From NCBI GenBank assembly GCA_951812855.1, contig OX638337.1, positions 1,740,001-1,772,000 of the forward strand: 32,000 bases of DNA, written 5' to 3'. Shown one piece after another: positions 18,215 to 27,725 of the stretch. The stretch's first letter is position 1; every line of letters starts with the position of its first letter. The DNA is from an uncultured Lentisphaeria bacterium (GTDB lineage: Bacteria > Verrucomicrobiota > Lentisphaeria > JABSQK01 > JAJFLO01). The notes below the pieces were generated by a model that saw only the letters and a program-made list of their open reading frames with translations, was not told the DNA's origin and made no database searches. A program made the translations under genes and the position numbers.

Positions 18215-19575
18215 TTTTTAATCGGTTTCTGAGGATTAATTCGTACATTCAACCATTCGAGTGCTTCTTCTCTGGATTTAATCTCGCGGTTTAATTGACA
18301 CTCTTCCAATTCTTTAAGAATAATTCCGATTTGCCTTCCTTCTGCAACTCCCAAACTCAATATGTCATGCCCGGAAATAAATGGTTTTGGTACCGGTGGT
18401 TCATTTTCAAATTCTTTAATCTTTGTTTGCAGGAAGTCATAATTATCTAATTTCTTATGACTGTTCATACAGTCAATTCGGTGTAATTCAAGTTCAGTAC
18501 TGAACGTTTTCCGTGCGAGCATTCGACGTAATCTGGATTGTTTCATTCTTTTAACATCGCCAAATGCCATATGGTAATACACCAGTGCATTTACAGATTC
18601 AATGAACTCGTTTGAACAACGATAACGCTTGAGAATTTTATTGGCTATTTGTGCCCCCACTTTCGCATGGGACGGGAAAGATTCACGTCCGTTTTTATTA
18701 TAGGTAAACGTAGAAGGTTTACCGACATCATGCAGCAAAACACCCCAGGCCAGTTCACTGCCGGGTTGATTTAATGCTTTAAGCATCAATAACGTATGGA
18801 CCCATACATCTCCCTCAGGATGAAATTCAGGAGGTTGTTTTACCCCTTTTAAATTCTCAATTTCCGGCAGGATATAATGGAGCAGACCACTTTCATCCAA
18901 TAAAGAAAAGGCAACATCTGCATTATGTCCCGTCAGAATTTTATTCAGTTCATTAAATATGCGTTCCGCACTGATCTGAATAATTTTTGAAGCATTTTTT
19001 TTTATTGCCGAAAATGTTGCTGAATCTAAATCAAACCCCAAATGTGCTGTAAAACGAACTGCACGCAACATTCTCAGGTAATCTTCATTAAATCGTTGAT
19101 CAGGATCACCTATTGCTTTAACCGTCTTCTGTTCCAAATCCTTCAAACCGTTCACATAATCCAATATTTTATTTGTGCACGGGTCATAAAATAAGGAATT
19201 TATCGTGAAATCTCTCCGCTGTGCGTCACCTTCTGCACTTGAAAATGTTATTTTTTCCGGATGACGTCCATCCTTGTAATCACCATCTGTTCTGAATGTG
19301 GCGACCTCGACCTGCACGTGATCAAGAAGAACAATGATGACACCAAAGGAAACTCCAACCAATATCGTTTTCTTGAACAGAGCTTGTATCTCATGAGGCG
19401 TGGCATTTGTCGCAACATCAACTTCGGCAGGAATTGTATTCAGCATTCGATCCCTGACGGAACCGCCAACGATATAGGCGTCATATTCAGATTCGCGCAG
19501 AATAGAAATAACCTTAAATGCAACACGTTCTGCGTCTGATTCGGGTTTCAATTGTTTAGTTATCGTATTTAGCAT
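18190..19575 (-). CDS. cca: tRNA nucleotidyltransferase (CCA-adding enzyme / poly(A) polymerase family) with HD domain
   Basis: 461 aa with YIVGGSVRDRML...DVATNATP (class II nucleotidyltransferase head), RDFTINSLFY and the HD motif LLHDVGKP. The 3' end overlaps the annotated murJ start. Confidence 0.85.
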   Translation of the reverse strand: MLNTITKQLKPESDAERVAFKVISILRESEYDAYIVGGSVRDRMLNTIPAEVDVATNATPHEIQALFKKTILVGVSFGVIIVLLDHVQVEVATFRTDGDYKDGRHPEKITFSSAEGDAQRRDFTINSLFYDPCTNKILDYVNGLKDLEQKTVKAIGDPDQRFNEDYLRMLRAVRFTAHLGFDLDSATFSAIKKNASKIIQISAERIFNELNKILTGHNADVAFSLLDESGLLHYILPEIENLKGVKQPPEFHPEGDVWVHTLLMLKALNQPGSELAWGVLLHDVGKPSTFTYNKNGRESFPSHAKVGAQIANKILKRYRCSNEFIESVNALVYYHMAFGDVKRMKQSRLRRMLARKTFSTELELHRIDCMNSHKKLDNYDFLQTKIKEFENEPPVPKPFISGHDILSLGVAEGRQIGIILKELEECQLNREIKSREEALEWLNVRINPQKPIKNWIKNDHH

Positions 19576-19692
19576 CGGAGAATCGATGTTGCCAGGTTTA
19601 GATGGTAACTCGTGAAATTATGCAGTTGAATTATGTGTGTCCATTGATCATATTAAATCGAATTCCAAGAAATTTACAGGGTTTAAAATTAT

Positions 19693-21414
19693 ATGATAGA
19701 TCAAACTCAAAAACTTACCTATATCACTATTTCAATGTTTATCACAATATTTATCTATTTGATATTGTGGCAGATCGCCTCAAAGATACACCTTCCCTCA
19801 TATGCTGAGCTTCCGCTAAATGAATATAAACATATGAAAATTTGGAACGTCAGGCTAAACAATTTGAATCGGTCACAGCCTGAGACATTTGCAGAAATGA
19901 CAAAGGCATTGTTAAAAAAGCGGCAGGAAATATTTGACCAGTTTTTTGACCAGCAGAAAATAGATATTAAATCAGTATCTGTTGTCGAAAAATTGACTCC
20001 CGATCTTGATGACAGTGATTTTATGCAGAACACATCTGGTGACAACAGTAAAACATCACCGCCGGCAATGCCATCAATTAATAAACTGTTAATTGACGGC
20101 GATACGTTAACTGAGGATCGGCTCGCTCTAAATCGTCGGCTAATCTCCAAAAAACAGACAACCACTTCAATGACGAAACGAACTCGCCCAAAGCTCAAAA
20201 AAATGAAAGTAGAATTAGTCGCTGATGAACCGCAGGGCATTGAAAAATTTGCCGATCCCGTTACTCAAAAATCAAATGGTATACCGGTGAAAGCAGCCAG
20301 TATTTTAACGGCGAAACCGTTACCGATTACTAAACAAATAATTACTGACAGTCATTTATATACCACTACTGAGGAACCCCGGGAAGAAGTGCAAATCATT
20401 GACTCATTTCTTGACGTCATATTAAGCATCTACAGAGAGCCTGGATCACGTTCAGTTTATTACGAAATTCAAATTACAACCCGGGAGAAGGCATTAACTG
20501 TTCCCTATATTCCAAAAGATGTCCTGATATTGATTGACTCATCAGCAAGCATAAAGTTTGAAAAACTTAAGGAGTTTAAAAAAGGTGTCGCCCGGTCATT
20601 AGGTCACCTTAAAGAGGAAGATAACTTTAATATCGTTGCGTTTCGAGAACGTCCAACACCATTGTTTAGTGATTTTGAACCCAATACGATGACGAATAAG
20701 ATTGAAGCTGAAGATTTCGTTGAGAACCTGCAGTATTCGGGAAAAACAGATGTCTATTCCGGATTAGCCCCTTATCTGACGGTAAAACGCAAGGAGGAAG
20801 TCAGACCTTATATAATATTTCTTGTCAGCGATGGCCAGACAACAACAGGATTCAAATTTGCAGACAATGAATTGATCCGCAGAGTGATTGATGAAAACAC
20901 AGCGAATGCATCAATCTTTACGTTCAGCAGCGGTGATTTGACCAACCTTTTTTTAATGGATTTTTTATCATATAACAACAGGGGCGTTAGTGCTCACAGT
21001 CGCAAGATATCTGATTCACATTACGAATTGGTCAAATTTGTCAGCAGTTTATCAGACATAATTGTATCGAATCTAAATTATAACATTTCAGACAGTCTTC
21101 AGAGTGAAGTATATCCCAAAAAACTGCCCCATCTCTATCGAAATTATCCCCTTAGGCTATACGGGAAAATGGATGAATCAGTAGAAGAGATCGCAATTCA
21201 GGTGATTGGCCGCAGTAAAAACGGTAAAAAAGAGGAATTGATTGCAAAATTGAAAGTTGCAAATGCGTCTGTTGGAAGTCATGAAATTGCGGATAACTGG
21301 GCATTACAGAAAATTTATTATCTGATTAATAACAGTATTATGAAAAGAACATTAAGTTTGAATACGTCAATCAGGCACTTATCTCAAAAATTTAATATAG
21401 AAATTCCGTATTAA
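19693..21414 (+). CDS. Membrane-anchored von Willebrand factor type A (vWA) domain protein
   Basis: 573 aa. It has one N-terminal TM helix (LTYITISMFITIFIYLILWQIA) and a ~250 aa charged, low-complexity linker. The vWA domain follows, with MIDAS DVLILIDSSASI, NIVAFRERP, GKTDVYSGL and IIFLVSDGQTT. Confidence 0.8.
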   Translation: MIDQTQKLTYITISMFITIFIYLILWQIASKIHLPSYAELPLNEYKHMKIWNVRLNNLNRSQPETFAEMTKALLKKRQEIFDQFFDQQKIDIKSVSVVEKLTPDLDDSDFMQNTSGDNSKTSPPAMPSINKLLIDGDTLTEDRLALNRRLISKKQTTTSMTKRTRPKLKKMKVELVADEPQGIEKFADPVTQKSNGIPVKAASILTAKPLPITKQIITDSHLYTTTEEPREEVQIIDSFLDVILSIYREPGSRSVYYEIQITTREKALTVPYIPKDVLILIDSSASIKFEKLKEFKKGVARSLGHLKEEDNFNIVAFRERPTPLFSDFEPNTMTNKIEAEDFVENLQYSGKTDVYSGLAPYLTVKRKEEVRPYIIFLVSDGQTTTGFKFADNELIRRVIDENTANASIFTFSSGDLTNLFLMDFLSYNNRGVSAHSRKISDSHYELVKFVSSLSDIIVSNLNYNISDSLQSEVYPKKLPHLYRNYPLRLYGKMDESVEEIAIQVIGRSKNGKKEELIAKLKVANASVGSHEIADNWALQKIYYLINNSIMKRTLSLNTSIRHLSQKFNIEIPY

Positions 21415-21667
21415 TAAAATACATCAACGATTCATTGCCTGTTGCTCGTCTTTGTTTGGCGGGTCAGCCAACCAGAATTTGAATAAATATTAATGCAGAT
21501 ATGACATGCTTTATGTCGGTGATTTTTTATTCAACGCAGAAGCCGGTCACCGTACCGGAGTAAAAAGAGTTGTATCTGACAAACGAGAGTCCGGCTCTGA
21601 TTTTCAAAATTAAGCCGGATCATGTGATTAATCGGTTATCCGAGCTTACTGAATATATCTATTTAAT

Positions 21668-23161
21668 ATGATTTCATTCCAAGAATTTAAACTGATAGCA
21701 GCTGATTATAATGTCATACCACTGGTAAGAGAAATACTGGCAGATACAGAAACGCCAATTTCTATGGCAGCTAAATTGGAGATTCAGGAAAAGTATTTCC
21801 TTCTGGAAAGTGTCGAAGGCGGAGAATATTGGGGTCGATATTCAGTACTTGGTTTCAATATCTCTAAAGAATTTATCATCAAAAATGGAGAGGCTGCGAT
21901 TCTGTCAAATGGAAATGAAGAGTACATAAAAGGTAACCCGGTTGACGCATTGAATACCTATCTTACCGGCTTCAATCCACAGCAACCTTCAAATCTTCCC
22001 CGTTTTTTTGGCGGTGCAGTCGGGTATTTTTCTTTTGAAACGGTACGTTTTTTTGAGCGATGCGGTGAGACGAAATCATGCAGTGAAAATTTTCCGGACG
22101 CCTGTTTTATGATTGTTGATCAGGTTGCAGTTTTTGACAATATTAACAAATCCGTTAAGCTGATTTCATGTGTACATATTGATGATCACACGGATTTAGA
22201 AGATGCCTATCAAGACGGATTGGACACACTCGATGAGATTGAATCAATTCTGTCAGGAGACAGTAAAGCAGACGATTTGTCTAACGATTTTACCCGGAAT
22301 GGTAACATTGAGATGAAATCAAATATGACCAGAGAAGACTATCAGTCGATTGTCAGTAAAGCAAAAAAATACATCTGCGACGGTGATATAATCCAGGTCG
22401 TTTTGGCACAACATTTTGAATCAACAATATCGGCATCTCATCTGGATGTGTATCGAGCATTACGTTTCATTAACCCGTCTCCGTACCTTTATTATATAAA
22501 ACTGGATCGTCATCGTGCAATCGCAGGTTCGTCTCCCGAAGTCATGGTCCGAGTGATGAATTCGAACGCAGAAATTCGGCCGATTGCCGGAACCTGTCCA
22601 CGCGGCAATAGTAAAGAAGAAGATGAAAAATTTGCCAATGATCTGCTGAATGATTCAAAAGAACAGGCTGAACACGTTATGCTTGTAGACCTTGCAAGAA
22701 ATGATTTAGGTCGGGTCTCTGAAATTGGCAGTGTTACTGTTAAAGATTACATGTTTATTGAGAAATACTCTCATGTTATGCATTTGGTGTCACAGGTGGA
22801 AAGTACTATAGATGATTCTTACAACGCGTTGGATGTGCTGAAATCTACATTCCCGGCCGGTACGTTATCCGGAGCTCCGAAAGTAAGAGCCATGGAGATT
22901 ATTAACGAACTGGAGCCTGTTGTCCGAGGCCCATACGGTGGGGCAATAGGTTATATCAGTTATGGTGGAAAAATTATGGACATGGCAATTACAATTCGTA
23001 CCGTCATCATGAATAAAGACAAAGCAACGGTTACAGCAGGAGCTGGAATTGTCTATGACAGTATTCCCGAAAAGGAGTACGATGAAACAATTCATAAGAG
23101 TAATGGTATGTGCAGAGCCCTGGAATTGGCAGAAAATAAATTAAAATTGGGAAACGTTTAG
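21668..23161 (+). CDS. trpE: Anthranilate synthase component I
   Basis: 497 aa with the Trp-feedback motif FLLESVEGGEYWGRYSVLGF, then PAGTLSGAPKVRAMEIINELEPVVRGPYGGAIGY. Confidence 0.95.
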   Translation: MISFQEFKLIAADYNVIPLVREILADTETPISMAAKLEIQEKYFLLESVEGGEYWGRYSVLGFNISKEFIIKNGEAAILSNGNEEYIKGNPVDALNTYLTGFNPQQPSNLPRFFGGAVGYFSFETVRFFERCGETKSCSENFPDACFMIVDQVAVFDNINKSVKLISCVHIDDHTDLEDAYQDGLDTLDEIESILSGDSKADDLSNDFTRNGNIEMKSNMTREDYQSIVSKAKKYICDGDIIQVVLAQHFESTISASHLDVYRALRFINPSPYLYYIKLDRHRAIAGSSPEVMVRVMNSNAEIRPIAGTCPRGNSKEEDEKFANDLLNDSKEQAEHVMLVDLARNDLGRVSEIGSVTVKDYMFIEKYSHVMHLVSQVESTIDDSYNALDVLKSTFPAGTLSGAPKVRAMEIINELEPVVRGPYGGAIGYISYGGKIMDMAITIRTVIMNKDKATVTAGAGIVYDSIPEKEYDETIHKSNGMCRALELAENKLKLGNV

Positions 23162-23162
23162 T

Positions 23163-23732
23163 ATGATTGTTATGATTGACAATTATGACTCCTTCACCTA
23201 TAACCTGGTTCAGGAAATGGGTAAACTCGGGGCTGCAATTGAAGTATATCGTAATGATACCATTAGTATTTCTGAACTGGAAGAGTTGAAACCGAAGGCA
23301 ATAATAATTTCACCTGGCCCCTGCACTCCAACTGAGGCGGGTATAAGTATTGAAGTAATCTTAAACTATTCAGGGAAACTGCCGCTGCTGGGTGTTTGTC
23401 TGGGGCATCAATCGATCATCCAGGCATTTGGGGGTGCCATAATTCATGCAAATCATATCATGCACGGAAAAACCTCAGAGGTAAGCCATGACGGCACCGG
23501 ATTATTCAGGAACATGACCAATCCACTCATCGCCGGCCGGTATCATTCACTTGTCGGTGATCGACAAACATTACCCGAATGTTTAGAAGTTACAGCTGAA
23601 TCTGATGACGGTGAGATTATGGCAATAAAGCATAAGGAGCATTCCACCCTGGGAGTTCAATTTCATCCCGAATCCGTACTCACACCGGACGGTAACATTT
23701 TAATGCAGAATTTTATCGACATGATTGCCTGA
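23163..23732 (+). CDS. trpG: Anthranilate synthase component II (glutamine amidotransferase, TrpG/PabA)
   Basis: 189 aa: MIVMIDNYDSFTYNLVQ, SPGPCTP, GVCLGHQSI and QFHPES. It starts 1 nt after the trpE stop. Confidence 0.9.
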   Translation: MIVMIDNYDSFTYNLVQEMGKLGAAIEVYRNDTISISELEELKPKAIIISPGPCTPTEAGISIEVILNYSGKLPLLGVCLGHQSIIQAFGGAIIHANHIMHGKTSEVSHDGTGLFRNMTNPLIAGRYHSLVGDRQTLPECLEVTAESDDGEIMAIKHKEHSTLGVQFHPESVLTPDGNILMQNFIDMIA

Positions 23733-23759
23733 TTTAATACTGCAGTTTAGGTGAAGACG

Positions 23760-24368
23760 ATGAAAATAAAAATATGTGGTATAACCAATATACCTGACGC
23801 AAAATGTGTTGCCGATAATGCCGCTGATATGATAGGATTTATCTTCTACAATAAATCACCGCGATATGTTCCACCTGAAACAGTTAAAGAAATAACAGGA
23901 AAGATTCCTGACGATTTTAATACCGTTGGTGTCTTTGTAAACGAACCCAACTCAACAATGATAGAAATCGGCGATTATTGTGGACTGAAAACATTACAAC
24001 TGCATGGTCATGAGTCCGCGGAACAAGTCGACCGGATTCGTGGATTCAATATCATCAAAGCACTGCCGATGAACGAATCCAAAGATCTTGACGTGATTTC
24101 TGATTTCAAAAAATACACCGTCTTAATTGATACCTATGGAAAAAGTTTTGGTGGAACTGGACACACCATTAACTGGGACCTTGCTCATCGTGCTGCAAAA
24201 TCTGGAAACGTAATGTTAGCCGGCGGACTGACTCCGGAAAATATTAAAACGGCGGTTCAAACCGTTGCTCCCTGCGGAGTTGATGTTTCGTCGGGTGTTG
24301 AAACATCGAAAGGTATTAAGGACCACGCTAAAATAAAAATGTTTATTGAAAATATTCGTGACTTATAA
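23760..24368 (+). CDS. trpF: Phosphoribosylanthranilate isomerase
   Basis: MKIKICGITNIPDA...GFIFYNKSPRYV...LQLHGHES...AGGLTPENI...GVDVSSGVE. ATG at 23760 is preferred over the in-frame GTG at 23751 used by the track. Confidence 0.9.
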   Translation: MKIKICGITNIPDAKCVADNAADMIGFIFYNKSPRYVPPETVKEITGKIPDDFNTVGVFVNEPNSTMIEIGDYCGLKTLQLHGHESAEQVDRIRGFNIIKALPMNESKDLDVISDFKKYTVLIDTYGKSFGGTGHTINWDLAHRAAKSGNVMLAGGLTPENIKTAVQTVAPCGVDVSSGVETSKGIKDHAKIKMFIENIRDL

Positions 24369-24494
24369 ATTATGCTGTTGATTTTTGATGAAACGTTTTT
24401 ATAGTTAGCCGTTATCTTTTTTAAAGGCAGTTTTAGTTTCTGACTGATTCGATCTGCCTGAAAAACATCATGAAAATTATTTTGGAGTACCATT

Positions 24495-24758
24495 GTGGAA
24501 AAAGACGCAAAACAAAAAGTAATTAAGAAGTTCGCCATTAACGATAGCGACACCGGTTCTGCGGATGTACAGATTGCGGTTCTTACATCACGTATAACAG
24601 AACTAACCGGGCATCTAAAGAATCATCCTAAGGATAAGCATTCCAGACGCGGATTAATTGGATTGGTCAATCGGAGAAGAAAATTTTTGAAATATTTAAA
24701 CCGAACCTGTCACGACCGTTATTTAAACATCATAAATTCGCTCAAAATACGTCGTTAA
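24495..24758 (+). CDS. rpsO: 30S ribosomal protein S15
   Basis: 87 aa: DTGSADVQIAVLTSRITELTGHLKNHPKDKHSRRGLIGLVNRRRKFLKYL. GTG start preceded by GGAG. Confidence 0.95.
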   Translation: MEKDAKQKVIKKFAINDSDTGSADVQIAVLTSRITELTGHLKNHPKDKHSRRGLIGLVNRRRKFLKYLNRTCHDRYLNIINSLKIRR

Positions 24759-24846
24759 TTGTTCATTTTATCGTGAATTAATTAACCCATTGAATTCCCG
24801 GTAATATCGAATTCAAATCTGAGATTTCGAACTACCATCTTTCCAT

Positions 24847-24920
24847 GGCGGGTTAGCTCAGTTGGTTAGAGCAGTGGAATCATAATCCACGTGTCCGGGG
24901 TTCGAATCCCTGACCCGCTA
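24847..24920 (+). tRNA. tRNA with CAU anticodon (elongator Met or lysidine-modified Ile2), no encoded CCA
   Basis: GGCGGGTTAGCTCAGTTGGTTAGAGCAGTGGAATCATAATCCACGTGTCCGGGGTTCGAATCCCTGACCCGCTA. D-arm is GCTC/GAGC. Anticodon stem is GTGGA/TCCAC with loop ATCATAA. The T-loop is TTCGAAT. Position 1-72 is a G-U pair. Confidence 0.9.
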
Positions 24921-25229
24921 TTTAACCTCTTACCAAATTGATATTGCATACAACTGGCACTTTCATTTCATGGATTATAACAGCCATACCGATAGAAAAA
25001 ATGGCCCCCTTTAATTTTAAAATTATTCCCATTATAAATCTCCCCAATGCATAGAAAATGTTATATCCCTATTTCGCAAAGGCGGATTCAACAGAGAAGT
25101 GCAATTCCTTCAAGGTAATTTATTACCATATCGACGCGATGCGATGCCTGCATACGACGATGCATGATTTCTATTCTGCCATTGTTTTAATTAATATTAT
25201 ACTAACCAAACCGGCAGAATTGATTTTTG

Positions 25230-25731
25230 CTAAGGAATTGAATTCCTAATCTCACAAATTTTAATAAACGCCTCTTTTAACTTCGTGACATTGATTGGTT
25301 TTGAAAATATAATCATCCACCCTGGCTTCTATAGATAGCTCTTTATCATCCTTCAGTGTATTGGCTGTCATGGCAATAATGTTTGGTTTCTCCTCTTTTG
25401 AATAGGTCTTACAGATTTTTTCATGGCTTCAAGACCATCCATTTCGGGCATTTGCATATCCATCAGAATCACCTCACAGGGTTGACGCTCTAACGCCTGA
25501 ATAACGTCAATACCGTAGGAAAAACATAGCAAAACTTATTTTCCAGAAGATCCTCAATTCTTATCCTTGACAATGGGAATAACAGTCTCCTTATTTTCTT
25601 TAAGCTCAAGTAGAATCTGCGACTTCTCTTTGTTGTAATCTTCCAGAGAAATGTTATTTCCCATGAATTTAGATTCAAGTTGTGCTAATTTAGCATAAGA
25701 CGGTATACTCATTTTGTTTCCTAAATTTAAT
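25230..25731 (-). pseudogene. Response-regulator receiver-domain gene, multiply frameshifted
   Basis: ATG at 25731 gives MSIPSYAKLAQLESKF...ETVIPIVKDKN, then TGA (25554-25556). Receiver blocks continue in shifting frames: [10 protein letters not shown]; [34 protein letters not shown]; after the T6 run 25416-25421, [37 protein letters not shown]; then KPINVTKLKEAFIKI to a TAG at 25230-25232. Confidence 0.7.
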
Positions 25732-25934
25732 TTCAGAAAAGTCGATCTGACTCCAATCCATAAAATTTGCTATTTTCAATTGGTTCTGATGCCATGAAAG
25801 CGTCATATATTCATGGGTAATTAAGTGACGATTATTTTATTATCACAGACTGCTGTCTCAATTAAGGCTGTACAGTATTGTACAAATTTTCATATCATTT
25901 GGTAATAGGCAGAGTTATTTTAAAGTAGATAAAA

Positions 25935-26444
25935 TTGGTCATGACACTCAATTCTGTTGCATTATCATTAGGCAGTAATTTAGGTGATAAGCAAAAAAAT
26001 ATAAACACAGCACTCGACTTGCTATCCGATAAGATATTAATTGATCTCCGTTATTCTGACTATTTCAGCTCAAAAGCATTTGATTTTCCAATTCAAGCCT
26101 ATGATTTCTTAAATATTGCGGTGACCGGAAAAACCTCTTTATCACCTTTAGATCTATTAACGTGTTGCCAGGAAATTGAGGTCATGCTAAGACGGCCCCG
26201 AAATCATGGATTTCGAGAAAATAGAACCATCGACATTGATATTATTTTATTTAATAATCTAAACATTGAGACGCCGGTTCTCACCATTCCTCATCCAAAA
26301 ATGTTCCATCGGGATTTTGTACTGATTCCTCTTGCAGAAGTTGCACCGGACTGGAAAGTTCCACCTTCAGAGGAATCGGTTTCATATTTTTTAGCTGAGT
26401 ATAATAAAGCCAAACCTGAAAGGCAGTCCCCTAATACAATTTAA
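25935..26444 (+). CDS. folK: 2-amino-4-hydroxy-6-hydroxymethyldihydropteridine diphosphokinase (HPPK)
   Basis: VALSLGSNLGDK...NRTIDIDIILFNN...LTIPHPKMFHRDFVLIPLAEVAPDW. The start may be the ATG at 25941. Confidence 0.9.
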   Translation: MVMTLNSVALSLGSNLGDKQKNINTALDLLSDKILIDLRYSDYFSSKAFDFPIQAYDFLNIAVTGKTSLSPLDLLTCCQEIEVMLRRPRNHGFRENRTIDIDIILFNNLNIETPVLTIPHPKMFHRDFVLIPLAEVAPDWKVPPSEESVSYFLAEYNKAKPERQSPNTI

Positions 26445-26798
26445 TTGCTGATGAATTCGCCCCTTTATACCGATGGGGGTAAAGGGGAGTGTGTAAAAAT
26501 AATGAAAAAAAGACATAGTCTGATTCCGGGAAAGAAAAATGACATCAATAAATTCTACAAAGGATCAAAAATATTAAGTTATAATCGCTGCTCCAGCATG
26601 CTGCAGGTTAGCCATATAAGCGGGATTGAAAATTTTTGGGGTGTTGCCAAATCCAGATTATCTAAGTTTAGAGGCGTTCATAAAAACACATTTTATTTAT
26701 ATTTGAAAGAGTGTAAATTCAGGTTTAATCATCGTAACCGAAATATCTATCTAAAGCTAATGAAGTTTCCGGCAGCAGGCCTACAAGGTATTTGCTAA
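26445..26798 (+). mobile_element. C-terminal fragment of an IS1595-family (ISXO2-like) transposase gene
   Basis: SHISGIENFWGVAKSRLSKFRGVHKNTFYLYLKECKFRFNHRNRN matches the conserved IS1595 C-terminal block (I.GIE.FW...K.RL.KF.G.....F.L.LKECE.RFN.R). The N-terminal ~2/3 of the transposase is absent. It abuts the folK stop. Confidence 0.7.
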
Positions 26799-27003
26799 AA
26801 ATTTAATAATATTTGTGCTGAATGTAATTTATGATATTTTTTTACTTGATTCGCAATTTCATCACTTGCATATTGTCCAACGATATTCTTCGCATAGCAG
26901 CCACCAGTCCGGAAGGAACCGCTCCAAAGCTATTTTTAAACTTCGGGATGCAATGTTAAATATCACATCAATAATCGTATCAGTTTTTTAAAAACTTAGA
27001 ATT

Positions 27004-27468
27004 ATGAAATCAATCATTAAAATTTTCAAATTAAGTTTAATAACAACACTTATAATGACATTTGGCATTCTAATTAAATTGTCATTTACCCAAGGGCTGG
27101 CAAACGTTTATCAACTTCGATCTCAATCCGACACAAAAGATATTGACAGTAAAATAAATCTGATAATAAAAGCTCTGATCCAAGAACCCGATAACGCAGA
27201 ATTGCATGAGTTATTAGGTAAATTGTATTTTGATAAATCATCACAAACTACAGTTGACAAATCAAAATTTTTAAAAAATGCAATTATTTCATTCCAAAAT
27301 GCTATTCAATTAAATCCAACAAATTATAAATATCATTTATTCCTGGCCAACAGCACATTTAAACTTGATAATGATTCCGAAAAATTCATTCGTAAACTTA
27401 ATATGATTAACAAATTGGATCCCCATAACGAGATCATTTCTAATTATAGAAATCAGTTTGACTTATAA
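27004..27468 (+). CDS. Small TPR-like repeat protein with N-terminal signal/anchor
   Basis: 154 aa with a hydrophobic N-terminus and TPR-like helical pairs (NAELHELLGKLYFDK..., AIISFQNAIQLNPTNYKYHLFLANS). The function is unknown. Confidence 0.55.
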   Translation: MKSIIKIFKLSLITTLIMTFGILIKLSFTQGLANVYQLRSQSDTKDIDSKINLIIKALIQEPDNAELHELLGKLYFDKSSQTTVDKSKFLKNAIISFQNAIQLNPTNYKYHLFLANSTFKLDNDSEKFIRKLNMINKLDPHNEIISNYRNQFDL

Positions 27469-27601
27469 ATATTAACGTCGACCATGTGAATTTATTATAA
27501 CGATAAACAGCCTTGGTTCAACGTTACCTTTCCCCTTAAAACCAGCCCGTTTTGAAATAGATTCCTCAATACTAAATTATAGTAACAAAGGAGGACATAT
27601 A

Positions 27602-27725
27602 CTGAAACGGGTTACAGATGAGCAGATAATCGGGATATTAAAAGAAGGTGAATCAGACGTTTCGGTTCAGAGATATACTTCGTAAACATGGAATAGCTGA
27701 AGGTACCTGTTATCGCCGGAGTTGT
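27602..27725 (+). mobile_element. Remnant of an IS3-family orfA (HTH transposase N-terminus), frameshifted and truncated
   Basis: After an AAGGAGG site, CTG-KRVTDEQIIGILKEGESDVSVQ is followed after a frameshift by DILRKHGIAEGTCYRR. This is collinear with IS3 OrfA (..F..EQI..ILKE.E.G..V.ELCRKHGIS..TFY.WR). There is no ATG, no orfB and no recognisable ends. Confidence 0.6.

Noticed and set aside
19755-20240. 161-aa ORF antisense to the vWA gene linker region
   Set aside because: It overlaps the low-complexity linker of the vWA gene on the other strand. It has no recognisable motifs and no ribosome-binding context, so it is most likely a shadow ORF.
21415-21667. Classical trp attenuator leader peptide, T-box riboswitch or TRAP-binding GAG/UAG array upstream of trpE
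   Set aside because: I found no tandem TGG codons in any short ORF, no T-box core sequence, and only irregular GAG triplets. Only the generic alternative hairpins are reported.
21668-23732. The TrpE/TrpG pair could instead be PabB/PabA, since folK is close by and trpD/trpC are missing
   Set aside because: The large subunit has the anthranilate-synthase feedback motif LLES...GRYS and GTLSGAPK, rather than the PabB-type variants. It is also followed directly by trpF.
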